Shown: in pieces, positions 50,701 to 64,000 of the stretch
Numbering within the stretch: the stretch's first letter is position 1
How the letters are laid out: each line of letters begins with the position of its first letter
DNA from: Camelus ferus
Lineage: Eukaryota
Reading direction: 5' to 3'
DNA length: 64,000 bases
NCBI RefSeq assembly: GCF_009834535.1
Contig: NC_045697.1
Location: 63,552,001-63,616,000, forward strand
The notes under the pieces: generated by a model
What the model was told of the DNA's origin: nothing
Databases searched by the model: none
What the model saw: the letters and a program-made list of their open reading frames with translations, nothing else
Translations under genes and position numbers: made by a program

Positions 50701-53700
50701 TTTATTATTATCATTATTTTAATTGAAGTATAGTTGATTCACAGTGTTATCTTAGTTTCAAGTGTACAACATAGTGATTCATTGCACTTATAGGTTAAAC
50801 TCTACTTAAAATTACTATCAAATATTGGCTATATTCTCTGTCCTGTACAATATATCCTTATAACTTATTTTATATACAATATTTTATAACTTTTACTTTT
50901 CTACCCTTATCTTGCCCCTCTCTCCTGCCCTCTCCCCACTGGTAACCACTAGTTTGTTCTGTGAGTCTGTTTCTTCTTTATATTCACTGATTGGCTTTAT
51001 ATTTTTAGAGTCCACATATAAGTGATATCATACAGTATTTGTGTTTCTTTGTCTGAATTATTTCACTAAGCATGCACCCTTAAGGTCCATCTATGTTGTG
51101 GCAGATGACAAAAATTCCATTATTTTTTATGGCTGAGTAGTATTCCATTGTGTATATATGTATCACACATCCCTTATCATCATATATTGATGGACATTTA
51201 AGATGCTTCCATATCTTGGCTATTGTAAATAATACTGCTGTGAACATTGAGGTGCATGCATCATTTTGAATAGTGTTTTCATTTTCTTCTAATGTATACC
51301 CAGGAATGAAATTGCTGGGTCATATGGTCGTTCTATGTTTAGTTTCTTGAAGAACCTCCATAGTGGCTGCCCCAACTTAGATTCCTACCAACAGTGTTCT
51401 AGGGTTCCCTTTTCTCTACAACCTCACCAACATTTGTATTTGTGATCTTTGTAATGATAGCCATTATGACAGATGTGAGGTGACAGGTCATTGTGGATCT
51501 GATTTTCACATCTATAATGATAGTGATGTTGAACATCATTTTATGTGCCTGTTGGTCATCTGTAAGTCTTTGAAAAAATGTTTAGATCTTCTGCCTATTT
51601 GTATTTGGGTTATTTAGTGGGCTTTTTTTGGGGTGTTTTTGTTGGTTTTTTTTTTTTTTTTTTTTGGTATTGAGTTATATGAGTTTGTGTATTTTGGATA
51701 TTAACCCTGTATCGGTTGCATCATTTGCAAATATTTTCTCCCATTCAGTAGATTGTCTTTTATTTTATCTATGGTTTCCTTTGCTGTACAAAAGCTTTTA
51801 ATTTTAATTAAGACCCATCTAGTTTTGCTTTTGTTTCCTTTGCCTTAAGAGACAGATCAATAAAAATATTGCAATGATTTATATCAAAGAATGTTCTGCT
51901 TATGAGTTCTAGAAGTTTTATAGTTTCTGGTCTTACAGTTAGGTCTTTAATCCATTTTCAGTTTATTTTGTATATGATGTGAGGGAATGTTCTAATTTCA
52001 TTATTTCACATATAGCTGTCCAATTTTCCTAGCACCATTCTCCATTGTATATTGTTGCCTCTTTTGTTGTGGATTAATTGACCATAAGTGTATGGGTTTA
52101 TTTTGAGGCTCTCTATTCTTTTCCATTGATATATGTGTCTATTTTTGTGCCAATACTATACTGTTTTGATTACTATTGATCTGCAATATAGTATGAAATC
52201 TGGCAGTAAGATATGTCCAGATTTGTTCTTTTTCCTCGAGATTCCTGTGGTAATCCAAGGTCATCTGTGATTCATATAAATTTTAGGATTATTCTAGTTA
52301 TGTGAAAAATGTCATAAGTATATTGATAGGGATTGCAGTAAATCGGTAGGTTGCTTTGTGTAGTATGATCATTTTAATACTATTAATTCTTCCAATCCAT
52401 GAATATGGGATATATTGTCATTTCATTACATTATCTTCAATATCCTTCATCAGTGGCTTATAGTTTTCAGGGTATAGGTCTTTCACTTCCTTGGTTAAGT
52501 TTATTCCTAGGTATTTTATTATTTTTGATGCAATTTTAAATGGGATTATTTTCTTGCTTTTTCTGTTTGATAGTTCATTCTTAGTGTATAGGAAAGCAAC
52601 AGATTTCTGTAGTGTTAATCTTGTATCCTTCAACTTTACTGTGTTCATTTGTTAGTTCTAATACTTTTTTGTTTGAGATGTTAGGGTTTTCTAGATACAG
52701 TGTCACCTGCAGTTAGTGACAGGTTTACTTTTTCCCTTCTAATTTGGATGGCTTTTATTTCTTGTCTGATCGTTATGGCTGGGACTTCAATACTATGTTA
52801 AATGGAAGTGTTGATAATGGGCATCCTTTTGTTGCTGATATTAGAGAAAAAGCTTTCACCTTTTCACTTTTCAGTGATGTTAGCTGTGGGTTTGCCATTT
52901 TTGTCCTTGATTATGTTGAAATATGTTGCCTTTTCACCCACTTTGAGTTTTTTTTTTAATCATGAATGGATATTTAATTTTATCAAATGCTTTTTCTGCA
53001 TCTGTTGCAATGATCCTATGATTTTTATCCTTTTTTAATTTTGTGATTCACATTGATGTTTGTGGATATTGAACCATCCTTGCATGCCTAGAGTAAATCC
53101 TACTTCATTATAGTGTATGATCATTTTTATATATTGCTTAATTCAGTTTGCTAACATTTTGTTTAGGATTTTTGCATTTATATTCATCAGAGATACTGGC
53201 CTGTAATTTTTTTTTTGTTGTTGTTACATTGATACTGTTTTTGGGATCAGTTTGGTGTCAGAATAATGATCCCATGGAATGAATTTAAGAGTGTTCCCTT
53301 CTCTTCAACTTTTTGGAATAATTTGAGGATAAGCATTAGCTTTTTTTATATGTTTGGTAGAATTCCCTTGTGAAGCTGTTAAGTCTTGGACTTCTGTTTG
53401 TTGGGAGTTTTTTTATTACTAGTTTAATTTCACTACTAGTGATTTGTTCAGATTACCCATTTCTTCCTGATTCATTGTTGGAAGATTGTATGTTTCTAGA
53501 AATTTATCCATTTCTTCCAGGCTGTCCAATTTGTTGGCATATAATAACTGCTCATAGTATTCTCTTATGTTTGTATCTCTGTTGTGTTAGTTTTAGTTTT
53601 TCCTTTTTGATTTCTTATTTTGTTTATTTCGATCCTCTTTTTTTCTTGATGAGCCTGGCTAAAAAGGCTTATCAATTTTATTTATCTTTTCAAAAAAAAC

Positions 53701-53720
53701 TAACTCCTTTTATTATTTGT
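50701..53720 (-). mobile_element. 5'-truncated L1, ~3 kb (3' UTR plus disrupted ORF2 RT/C-terminal region)
   Basis: The minus-strand ORF 52418-52648 reads QKSVAFLYT...IKYLGINLTKEVKDLYPENYKPLMKDIED, which is L1 ORF2. The L1 3' UTR starts at 50701, and there are many stops and frameshifts. Confidence 0.95.
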
Positions 53721-54737
53721 ATTCTTTTTTCAGAGACTGTACTTTAAAATAAAACATAGCTCTCTATAGTTTTCTTATGTGAATCACAGAATACTTAAAT
53801 TTATCTATGATTGTTTTGTATATGCTACTTGTTTTTATCACCCCAACTTAGGTATTAACTCTTTTAAATGAGGAACACATTGTGTAAGATTTCTCAATCA
53901 TTTTTTAAAGATTTTGGAGAGGAGTGGGTCTTAGATGTAATTTAAGTTAGTCTCCTTACTGTCCTGATTTAGTTAAGTAATTTGTCTGAAAATTGATTCA
54001 AAAAGTTTACCTATTTATGCAAAGTCACAACAGAAAGTTTATCAGAGCTTAAAGTATTCAGATTTGTTTTATTTTTTTTCAGAGCAAAATAGGATCATTA
54101 TTCTAATTCAGAATTTATATATGAACACTCATGGACCAAAAGACAGGATATTAAAGAGAATCATGATTCATATTTTATATTCTCTTAAGTTGAACAGGTG
54201 TCTAGACTCCCAAGGGCTGGACATCAGCAAACTCCTTTTAACACTGATTATCAGTGTAACAAATATGGTAGAAAACCATACCAATAATTGAAAAGCTGAA
54301 GCGGACAAAACTGTCTCCAACATCACAGGTGTACTGGTCGTTGAAATCTCACTCCACTATACTTTGTTTCTCATACTGAGTCTACTTGTGCTACCCCTGC
54401 TGGAAAATTTTGGTGTACTAATACCAGAGAAAAAAGAAATGCTTTCCAAATGATGACAGTAAACTATTGGTGTCATTATTCTCATTGCACTCACTTTTAT
54501 TTATCATAATTAGAAAAGGTAGTTTTATAAATCAAATATTATGCTTAACAGGAAAATAGCACATATATCATTTTGCCATATGCTGCTTAAAAATAGATGA
54601 TATACCTACTTAAAAATATAAAATAAAATTCTATTAAGGTTACTTTTTGCTTTTGATTTTTACAATTATAATTATAAGTAATCATACTAGTATTATAAAA
54701 ATGAGCAAATGAAAGGTACTGTACTTCCAAGTGGAGA

Positions 54738-54985
54738 GAATAATGGCTAATATTTATTAGGTGCTAGTATGTGCCAAGCAATATTTTAAGTGCTTTATGT
54801 GTTGACTCATGTAATCTTAAACAAAAACAAGATAGATTGTACTATTCTCATTTTATAGAGAAGGATATTAAGACACAGCAAGGTGACATAAAATTCCCAA
54901 ATGATTTATGAGTAGTGACAGAGTTGGAATATGAATCCAAACAGTCCTTATTCCAGAATTCACACCCTTAATCACTGCACTATAT
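54738..54985 (-). mobile_element. Near full-length MIR SINE
   Basis: gctaatatttattaggtgctagtatgtgccaagc...ctcattttatagagaagg...cccttaatcactgcactata. Confidence 0.8.
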
Positions 54986-55009
54986 GGTTCCCCAAATAGA
55001 ACAGAATAA

Positions 55010-55390
55010 ACTGAATCCATGGTTATGCTGCAGAAACAATTCCAAATTTTAGTGATTTCAACATCTTTTATTTGTTTATTGCTTGTGTCTATTTCTGGCC
55101 AACAAGCAACTCTCCACCCTTACTGTAAGACTCAGGTTGATAGAACAATCTTCATCTATTATGTTGCAGCCTCTGAGGAGGGAAAGAGTAAATCTCTAAT
55201 TGCCTATCGGTCTTCTGTTTCCACTCAGAGATGTCACATAACACTTCTGCTCACGTTTCATTGGTCAAAATACAGTACATTATATGGCCAGCTAATGAAC
55301 TCCAAAGGGGCAGGGAGAACCAACCAATCATATGCCCAGAAGTGGAAAAACCATGAAAAACTGACACAGAACCAATACCCACTATTATGT
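55010..55390 (-). mobile_element. Old MaLR LTR (MLT1-type)
   Basis: ggttatgctgcagaaacaa...cacttctgctcacgtttcattggtcaaaa...ctccaaaggggcagggaga...tatgcccagaag. Confidence 0.6.
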
Positions 55391-55424
55391 CTTTCTTTTC
55401 TCTGGTTTCAATTAAAATGTGGGA

Positions 55425-57114
55425 TTTTTTAAAAAATTATTTATTTTTTATTGCAGTGCAGTCAATTATAGTGTGTCAATTTCTGGTGTACAGCACAATG
55501 TCCCAGTCATACATATATATACATATATTCATTTTCATATTTTTTATAAAAATTATTACAAGATATTGAACATAGTCCCCTGTGCTATGCAGAAGAAACT
55601 TTGTCTATTTTTATATATAGTGGCTAGCATTTGTAAATCTCAAACTGCCAAATTTATTCCTGCTCCCTTTCTCCAATAACCATAAAATTGTTTACTGTGT
55701 CTGCAAGTCTTATTTCTGTTTTATGAATGAGCTCATAGTGTTCTATTTTTTCTTCTAGATTCCACAAATAGTATTTTTCTTTCTCTTTCTGGCTTACTTC
55801 ACTTAGAATAACGATGTCTAGGTCCATCCATGTTGCTACAAATGGCATTATTTTATTATCTTTTATGGCTGAGTAGTATTCCATTGTATACATACACCAC
55901 AACTTCTTGATCCAGTCATCTGTCAGTAGACATTTAGGTTGTTTCCATGTTTTGGCTATCATACAGAGTGCTGCTATGAACATTGGAGTGCATGTATCTT
56001 TTTGAATTAGAGTTCTTTCCAGATACATACCCAGGAGTGTGATTGCTGGAATATGCAGTAAGTCTATCTTTAGTCTTTTGAGGAATCTCCATAGGGTTTT
56101 CCATAATGACTGCACCAAACTACATTCCCACAAACAGTATAGGAGGATTCCCTTTTCTCCACAACTTCTTCAGCATTTATCATTTGTTGACTTTAGAATG
56201 ATGGCCATTCTGACTGGTGTGGGGTGATACTTCACTGTAGTTTTGATTTGCATTTCTCTGCTAATTAGCAATATTGAGCATTTTTCATGTGCCTATTGGC
56301 CATTTGTATGTCTTCATTGGAGAATTGCTTGTTTAGGTGCTCTGCCCATTTTGGGATTTGGTTGTTTGTTTTTTGTTATTAAGTTGTATAAGCTGTTTAT
56401 ATATTCTGGAAATTAAGCCTTTGTCAGTTGCATCACTTGCAAATATTTTCTCCCATTCCATAGGTTATCATTTTGTTTTGTTTTTCTTATAGTTTGTTTT
56501 GCTTTGCAAAAGCTTATGAGTTTAATTAGGTCCCATTTGTTTATTTTTGCTCCTATTTCCACTGCCTGCATAGACTGCTCTAGGAGAACATTGCTAAAAT
56601 TTATGTCAGAGAATGTTTTGCCTTTATTTTCTTCTAGGAGATTTATCATGTCTTTAAGTGTTTAAGCCATTTTGAGTTTATTTTTGTGTATGGAGTGAGG
56701 GAGTGTTCTAACTGCATTGATTGACATGCTGCTATCCAGTTTTCCCTATTCTACTTGCTGGAGAAACTACCTTTTCTTCATTGTATATTCTTGCCTCCTT
56801 TGTTGAAGATTAATTGACCATGGGTCTGTAGCTTTCTTTTCTGAGCTCTCTATTCTGTTCCATTGATTCATATGTCTGTTTTTAATGCCAGTACCATGCT
56901 GTTTTGATTACTGTAGCTCTGTAATATTGTCTGAAGTCAGGGAGGGTTATTCCTCCAGCTTTGTTCTTTTTCTTCAGTACTGCTTTGACAATTCTGGGTC
57001 TTTCGTGATTTCATATAAATTTTAGGATCATTTGTTCTAGTTCTGTTAAACAAAATCATGAGTAATTTGATAGGGATCACATTAAATCTGTAGATTGCCT
57101 TGGGCAGTGTGGCC
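55425..57114 (-). mobile_element. 5'-truncated, relatively young L1, ~1.7 kb
   Basis: Minus-strand ORFs 55654-56133 (TCTPMFIAAL...WKQPKC...TMEYYSAIK...MPFVATWMDL), 56413-56649 (INKWDLIKLISFC) and 56937-57149 (LPKAIYRFNVIPIK) are the L1 ORF2 C-terminus. Confidence 0.95.
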
Positions 57115-58525
57115 AAAATGGGGAAATTATTTGGTAAATATACTGACATAAAAATCCTTTGATTGCATCATAGTTTTCCAGAAGAATCTAATTCAGAAAT
57201 TTCTACTCATGTGTATATAACACTATCTCAATTTTTGATATATGACATAAATATGTTACTTGGGCCATATTCTTCAGATATATTTCAGTCATTCCACTAC
57301 ATGTTGAAATATTTCTATTTTTATAAAAAATATGGCTGCTTATAATCAAGACAGTCTACTGAATTGCCTAGAATTTGTTGATGTTACCACAGTACTCGTC
57401 CAGCTTTTTTAAAGTTATTTTAAAATTAATGTTCATGCTCATGTCTATAATAGTTTTTTTTTTCTAGGGCAATAGATTATATAGTACCTAAATGTCATTA
57501 GTGTGCTTGTCAGAATAAATCATGGTGACAGTTTTATTCCAACAATATTTTTTACTCATTTACCTCCTTACAACCTTATTAAGCACATTTTTCTTGTATA
57601 AGTATCTCTAGAGATTTTAAGAGACAAGTATAATATTTTAAATGTGTGAACAAAGATGACTTTCTTGTTCTCAAACCATAGGCTTTTCTTGGTACAAAAA
57701 GAGATAATTTGCATCAACTGAAACAAATAAGTTTCCTGTAATTTTTATCCTTCTAATTTAATGTTAAAGCCTTACCAAATTATCTCCCAAATCATGTATT
57801 ATATTTTTAACTTTTATGATATAAAAATATGATCATCTGAAGTTCCCACAATACACAATATACATTTTTATTTAATGAAAAGATTGTCTACTGAAACTTA
57901 TAATCAAGTCAAACCATCTTTCTGCATGTCTTCTTTTCACTTTTTGAGTACCCACTGAAATCCTTGATATTACTTACTGCTAATCCATAATTTATTGATT
58001 CCTGCTATACTAATCAATTCAAATTGTACACAGATTCAAACTATTTCATTGTAAGAAAAATAGTTACGTCAATATTCTTTACATCAGTATGGTAGTTAGC
58101 ATTACCAAAGCTATCATTTACTTAAATTTTAGTCTAAATATAGTTATATACTTATGTATATATGCATATGAAATTAGAGTTCTCACTTTTTTAGACTGAC
58201 CTTTTACAAATTTATATTCAGAATATAGAAAATAATTATGTTTGAAGAGAGCATTAATCAAAATGTTAGGAATACATATTTTGTCTTTTCAATATTTTAT
58301 TCACATTTATATTTAATTATATTTATATCACACAAGGTGAAAAGTATTATCATCCTGTGTTTTACTGTCACAATGTCATATCAATAGAATTTTTAAATAC
58401 ACAAATTATGAAAAGATACTAATCCCAAGTGTTTACCAATAATTAATTTTCTAAGTTTTGATATACAGACTCTGACAATCTTATGCTATTATACTTTAGA
58501 AATTTACAAAAAACAAATAGCAAAA

Positions 58526-60638
58526 TGAAACCACCAGATCATAGAGTATTTAGTAAGATGTTTCTGTGCATATAAGAACAGTTTGAAAATTAGATGCCTT
58601 CAAAATCAAAGACTAATATGAACCTTAGGGGCATGATGTTACAGGGTGGCTTAAATGTGAAAGTGAGGAAATTGTTTACAGTGGTTTGTTATTACAATGA
58701 GTATATCTAGATGCTAGGGGATTGGTTAAAAATGATTACCTCATACTATTTTTAGGGAGATAAATTGTTTCATGATTGTCATAGACATTTACAAGAAATA
58801 ATCTAACTTTTGTTATGTTCATGAAATAAGATAGATTCAGTTTTGTTTATGTGACTTTAGTCTCATCTCCATTTTGTATTTAATTTTAACAATTTCCCAT
58901 TTTTGGTCATTCTTTCCATAGGCTAAAAGTATGAGCAACTAGTGTACCGTGACTACTGATTACCACTATTGATGCCAGAAAAATAATTTATTTGTTGTTT
59001 CTACCAGTTGAGTCATCAGGAAGGAGGGTCATTTAGTCATTGTTAACAATTGCGTCATCAGCATAGACTTGGGTGCTCAAGTCAATGAGCTGAGGTTTTT
59101 CTAATCCTGATGGGTCATGTGATATGTGAGTAGCTGCTGGCAGACACTTAAAACCTTTGAGAGAACACAACACATTAGAGAGGTTAATATGTTGAGTAAA
59201 TGGAAGATGACAGCCAAGGATTAAAAAATTCCCCAGAACAGAGATTCCCAGAAGCCAGGAATTAACCAACTAAATAACCTAAACAGATTATAATCAGATT
59301 CCCATTCTACTATTTTAAGTAGTTATTTTACTTTTATTTATTTACAAAGGTGCATGATATATTAGCAATCACATATGCCCATGATTATTTAGAATAGCTG
59401 AACATGAGGATTTTTTCAATTGAAGTTTAATTGACATACATTATTAGTTTCAGGTGTAACATATGCGTTTACATTTGTATTCATTTTAAAGTGATCAAAT
59501 ACAGAAAGTTACATAATTGTACACAGAACAAAAAATGCCTTAGCTCTTGAGATATTGGAAAGACTTAGTTTTTCTAAGTAATCTAAAACCTGATTAAGAC
59601 AACAGGAAGCATAGGAAACAATTTCATAAGGCCGAGAATCTTTGTTTCCTAAGTAGATTAACATTAAAACACTTTTATAATCTTTTATTAAGGGCACACC
59701 AATAACCTAAGAATTTTTTTGATTTTATGTCTATTGAATTTATTGCGTCTAATGTGCCATATTACCCAGAATCACCAATTTTCCAAAAAGGCAAAAGCTC
59801 CAGGTCCATAGTGGGTATACACATAAAAAACAAGAGTTTTTTGAGGAACTGCAGAAAGAGTTTTAGACTAGATGGAACCCATCTTTGCCTTTAGATTCCC
59901 TAAGACATCTGAACTCTGAGGGGTCCTGTTTCTTAACAGTTGTTCCAAGACATAGGGAATCACATATCTTCCTCTTTTGAACAAAATGACGTACCAAGAA
60001 GCTTCAATAAACAAACTACAGATATGCACAATAAAGTCAGAAAGCCCAAAAATGCAGAGAGCAGAGCTCAGAGCTCATATCTAAGAGAGACAGCCTCAAA
60101 CTTCAGGGTCAGTGCGAAAGCATTGTGCTCAGTGGGTTCTGTGGGTACCAGCACCTATTTACTTACTGGCCTTGGAGTCACTGGGGGGGGGTCTTTTTTG
60201 AATCCTACTTCCAACACAAGAAACTATCAGAAAGCCAAAATTAAAAACACCAAATCAATACATAGCATTTAGTAAGAGTTTATTGTACATGTAAGAACAG
60301 TTTGCAAACTGGGTGCATTCATATTCAAAGACTAATATGAAGCTTAGGGGTATGATGTTACAAGGTGGCTTAAAAGTGAAAGTGAAAAAGTTGTTTACAC
60401 TTTACAGTGATTGGTTATTACAATGCGCACTTCCAAATAGCAGGGGATTTGCTAAAAATGATTATGTCATACCATTTTTAGGAAGATGACTTAAGTTCCT
60501 TTTATGATTGTCAGACATTTACAAGAAATAACCTATGTTCACGAAATAGTATAGATTAATTTTGCTTAAGTGGCTTAAAATGGATTTGTCTGTTCAGGTA
60601 TTTCAGGTCTGGTATCCACTTTGTAATTATCTTTAACT
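58526..60638 (-). mobile_element. Compact two-LTR ERV1 element (MER110/MER90-like LTRs, tentative) with ~1.35-kb internal region
   Basis: Homologous direct repeats lie at 58526-58891 and ~60242-60638. On the minus strand a polypurine tract aaaatgggaaat directly precedes the tgttaa start of the 3' LTR, and ttttggc follows the 5' LTR. Confidence 0.8.
59101..59310 (-). pseudogene. Retroviral env TM-subunit remnant (membrane-proximal region, anchor and cytoplasmic tail)
   Basis: Reads VEWESDYNLFRLFSWLIPGFWESLFWGIF*SLAVIFHLLNILTSLMCCVLSKVLSVCQQLLTYHMTHQD*. It has a Trp-rich stretch, a hydrophobic span and CC, and sits just upstream of the PPT and 3' LTR. Confidence 0.6.
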
Positions 60639-61499
60639 GGAAAAAATAGAGGCAGGTAAAATATTCAAAATAATAAATTGAGTATTAGTTTGTGTCAGCT
60701 GAATTTTTCTAGGAATCATGGTTTTCATGGGTTCACATTATTTTTATTTATTTATTTAGAAAATATTTACTAAGTACTTACAATATATTGAGCCCTGGGG
60801 CATAAAGCCTTATACCAACCAACCATAGATGAGTAGAGACTACCAGAATATACAGGTATAATTGTAATGTCTTTTAATGTTATTATAATTAGCATAGCAA
60901 AAATGTCTGATGTGAAATTTGATACTTAAAGAAGCATAATGTAGTATAACATAATATGAGATCTTTTATCACTTTAATGATTTTTAGAATTATCTTACAG
61001 ATTTATATAGAGGAGGGAAGAGATGCTAACATATTTAAGTACCTGAGTATCAGACAAAGGCACTCTTTGTGCTTTTCAATATGTTCTGCTTACTTTTATG
61101 TTTTCTTTATTGATTTATCTATGAAAGGGACACATTTGATATCTATATGAACAAACATGCTACATAGGAACCCAGTTTAATCCTTTCAGTTTTATAAAAT
61201 GTTTAATAATGACTTCAACTTTATATAACAATCATAAAATATGATTAGATGACACAAAAACACATAAGTAAATATTAACTTGAAATAATATACTCTTAGG
61301 CTGGTAAATTGTGGTAACAGAAAAATCAGAACAAAATGTAAGTAGAAAAAGATTGGGTGTGCTCAGTTACTATCACTACAGGGAGTCAAGGCAGCACTGC
61401 ATGAACCCAATTAATGGTTAAGTGTCCATCTGCAGTTATATGTTATGTGATAAATTCAAGAAAACAAATCATTACAAGTCAGTACAGTAAATGCTATGT

Positions 61500-61625
61500 C
61501 ATTCATACATTCATTCATTCATTCATTCATTTGACAAAATATGTATTGAGAATCTGTTATATGCCAGGTACTTGGGTACATTCTGGGCATATAGAGTAAA
61601 CAGAACAATTGTAATTCCCCCTCTC
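61500..61625 (-). mobile_element. L2 3' end with (ATTC)n tail
   Basis: cattcattcattcattcatttgacaaaatatgtattgagaatctgttatatgccagg. Confidence 0.75.
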
Positions 61626-61634
61626 TGGTCTTTT

Positions 61635-61800
61635 GGGCTCATTTGTTACTAATAACTCTTTAAGTAGTAGGCCTTGTCCTTATCCCTACTCTACAGATGA
61701 AAACATGGTTTAGAGAAGAACTGTACTGATGTCACAGTAAGTACTAAGTGTCCCCTAAGTTAGTTTGAGAACAGAGACCAAGCCTGTTACTATCACATCA
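61635..61800 (-). mobile_element. MIR fragment
   Basis: ttatccctactctacagatgaaacatggtttagagaag...tgtcacagtaagt. Confidence 0.5.
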
Positions 61801-63811
61801 CACATCTCTACCAGGTACAGTGTTAAAAGAAGTGATTATCTGAAAGGTATGTAAAGGCAGTGATGGTTTGTTTCACTGAGAAACGGATGGGGATAGAGGT
61901 GTGTAGACAGAATCACAGTTTATACCAACTCTCTGAGCCAGACAAATTGCTAGGATCCCAGTTAAAATTACATTTTAATAAAAAGAGAAAGGAAAGTGAA
62001 AAAGACAAAAGGCAATAGACGGTCTTGATAACATTTTGATCGTTGTACTATATTATGGAGTAATGATTTAGAGACTGAATGAGTTTGAATTTTATTTTAT
62101 CATATTGCCTCTGAGGTATCACGCTGAGGTATTAAAAATTTAATTTTTTTTTCTCTGAGACTAACTAAACTTGATGGAGACTGAAATGTATTTTTATTAC
62201 CAACTACATCTGCTGGTGAAAACCCAAATAAACAAAGGGCAAAACTAAATCATGATGCTGTATTCTAATATCATCACCTACTAATCCAATATAGAAGCTC
62301 TTATAAAAGGGAGACGTTGATTTAGCACAGCTCTAGCCATCTGATTCACAAAGGTAGGGTGGAAGTCTCTGTTTTCTGTATTGGCTTTTGTAGAACTGTA
62401 GATCCAGGAAGCATATTTACAGCCCTTTAACAAGCATACACAGTAATTAAAAACAGCAAGGTTTCCTACTGCATAGCTTGGTTATCTTGGCTATGGAGAT
62501 AACCACTTTTAGCTGACTCCAGGGTACTCTTGAAAACAATATGATTGCACCATGGAGTCTCTGTTTGTTTATCCTACATGTAATTGAAACAGAGCTGACA
62601 TGCTACTCGGGCACTCTCTTCTGCCCTACGCCCAGAGGGAACCATATGTTACATTTCCAAATTTTATAAATGTGTTTAGCATTGTTAATCACACACAAAT
62701 GTGAGGTCTCTCATTTCATTGACTTTCATTCAATTATGCTTTGGGTGTCTCCTGTTTACCCAGAATAGGCACTTCTGTAAGCAGAGTTAGAGGGAGTATA
62801 AGACTTGAATTTTCACTCAGGCTTGGTAGAAATTAACAGGATAAGTTAAAATTTATAATTTATCCTATAATTTACCTTACTGATAAGTTCTTGTGTGTGA
62901 TTTCTCCAGAATGCAGATATTTTGAATCCTAATAACTCACACTTCATGTCAAAGGATTGATGAACTATCTCATCTCTCAATGATTCTGGATTTGTTTGCT
63001 TAGTTAAGTATGGAAGAAAGTGACAGTGTTCCCTTAACACATAGTTTCTCTTCTGAGGATTCTTTTCCAAGAAGAGGTAATAAAACTTATGTTTGAAAAA
63101 AGTACCTTCAGTAACTGAATAGTTCAAGGAATTCCATTCGAAAGATAAATCTCGGGGCCAAAAGGGAAGAAAATGCTGTGAAGGGCATATCCTCCTTTTC
63201 AGCAGAGAGTGTTTTAAGTAGGGGACATTTTTCTTCTGTTGTTTTTCTTCCCTTTATTAAGGGAAAGAAGAAATGAGAAGAAGAGTACTGAAAGTGCAGA
63301 TAAAATATTCTTCTATGTGAGTTTTCATAAAATCTACTGGCAACATATTCTGTAGAAGGTTCACAAAATTTGTTAGAAGTCCAATATGATAAAAAGCAAG
63401 AAATGTATTTTGTAAATATTGATGAAGACATGCTCTGGAAAGTCATATTTTATTAACTCTTGGCATGTCCTTCAAAGAAAAAATAGAATTTGATGCCTAG
63501 TTTCTTAAAGACACATTTGAAGACATTCAGTGAGCATGGATAGTTTTAATTTTTATTCTCAATGTTTCTAAATGTCTTATTCTGATTTTTATTATTGCAA
63601 GTAGAAGTTAAATTTTCTAAGGAGGAGATGCTGATAATTATTACGAGTCAGCTCTAATGTTTAAGCTAATTTTTCTGATTCTAGGTACTTTTGTTTTAAG
63701 CATCTTTGTTTTGAACGATAAATAACTGGTTGACAGTTTGGGGTTTGACAGTTGGGTTTCAGTTGGTTGAAATGCGTTAACATTTCTCCCAGCTAGTGAC
63801 ATTATTGATGG

Positions 63812-64000
63812 CTTTTTTCTTTTTAACATTTTTTACTGATTTATAATCATTTTACAATGTTGTGTCAAATTCCAGTGTAGAGCACAATTTTTCAGTTATA
63901 CATGAACATACATATATTCATTGTCACATTTTTTTTCACCATTGAGCTACCTTAAGATCTTGTATATATTTCCCTGTGCTATACAGTATAATCTTGTTTA
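63812..64000 (-). mobile_element. L1 3' end running off the window
   Basis: A T-rich tail is followed by ttttacaatgttgtgtcaaattccagtgtagagcac...tccctgtgctatacagt. Confidence 0.85.

Noticed and set aside
55019..55432. 137-aa ORF
   Set aside because: It lies almost entirely within an old MaLR LTR and has no protein-like features or exon context.
55654..56133. Longest ORF (159 aa) as a host gene
   Set aside because: It is the C-terminus of L1 ORF2 in a 5'-truncated, frameshifted copy.
1..64000. CRISPR array, operon or other novel multi-gene system
   Set aside because: There are no regularly spaced repeats or gene-dense segments. Repeated sequence is explained by mammalian transposons, simple repeats or one local duplication.

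Overview
AT-rich, CpG-depleted, repeat-dense mammalian DNA. It is probably camelid, inferred from a Vic-1-like tRNA-derived SINE and the L1 3' ends. The window is almost all intron. It holds one 78-bp in-frame coding exon (+ strand, 26521-26598, ERVRHLQKAFTSKVDKSTQTELLGYD) that I recognise as an internal exon of CCSER1 (FAM190A). The rest is a layered record of transposons. There are several antisense L1s, a ~6.1-kb two-LTR MER34-like ERV1 provirus with a third related LTR nearby, and a compact two-LTR ERV1 that keeps an env transmembrane remnant. There are also MaLR and ERVL solo LTRs, hAT DNA transposons, L2 and MIR copies, a CR1/L3 relic, and an ancient RTE-clade LINE relic that still reads QYADD. 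I found no evidence of a novel multi-gene system. The most interesting unexplained signals are a ~200-bp local duplication with a 64-bp perfectly identical head, the RTE and env relics, an internally deleted L1, and two perfect inverted repeats. Repeat family names come from my recall of consensus sequences, not from a database search, and boundaries of old repeats are approximate.
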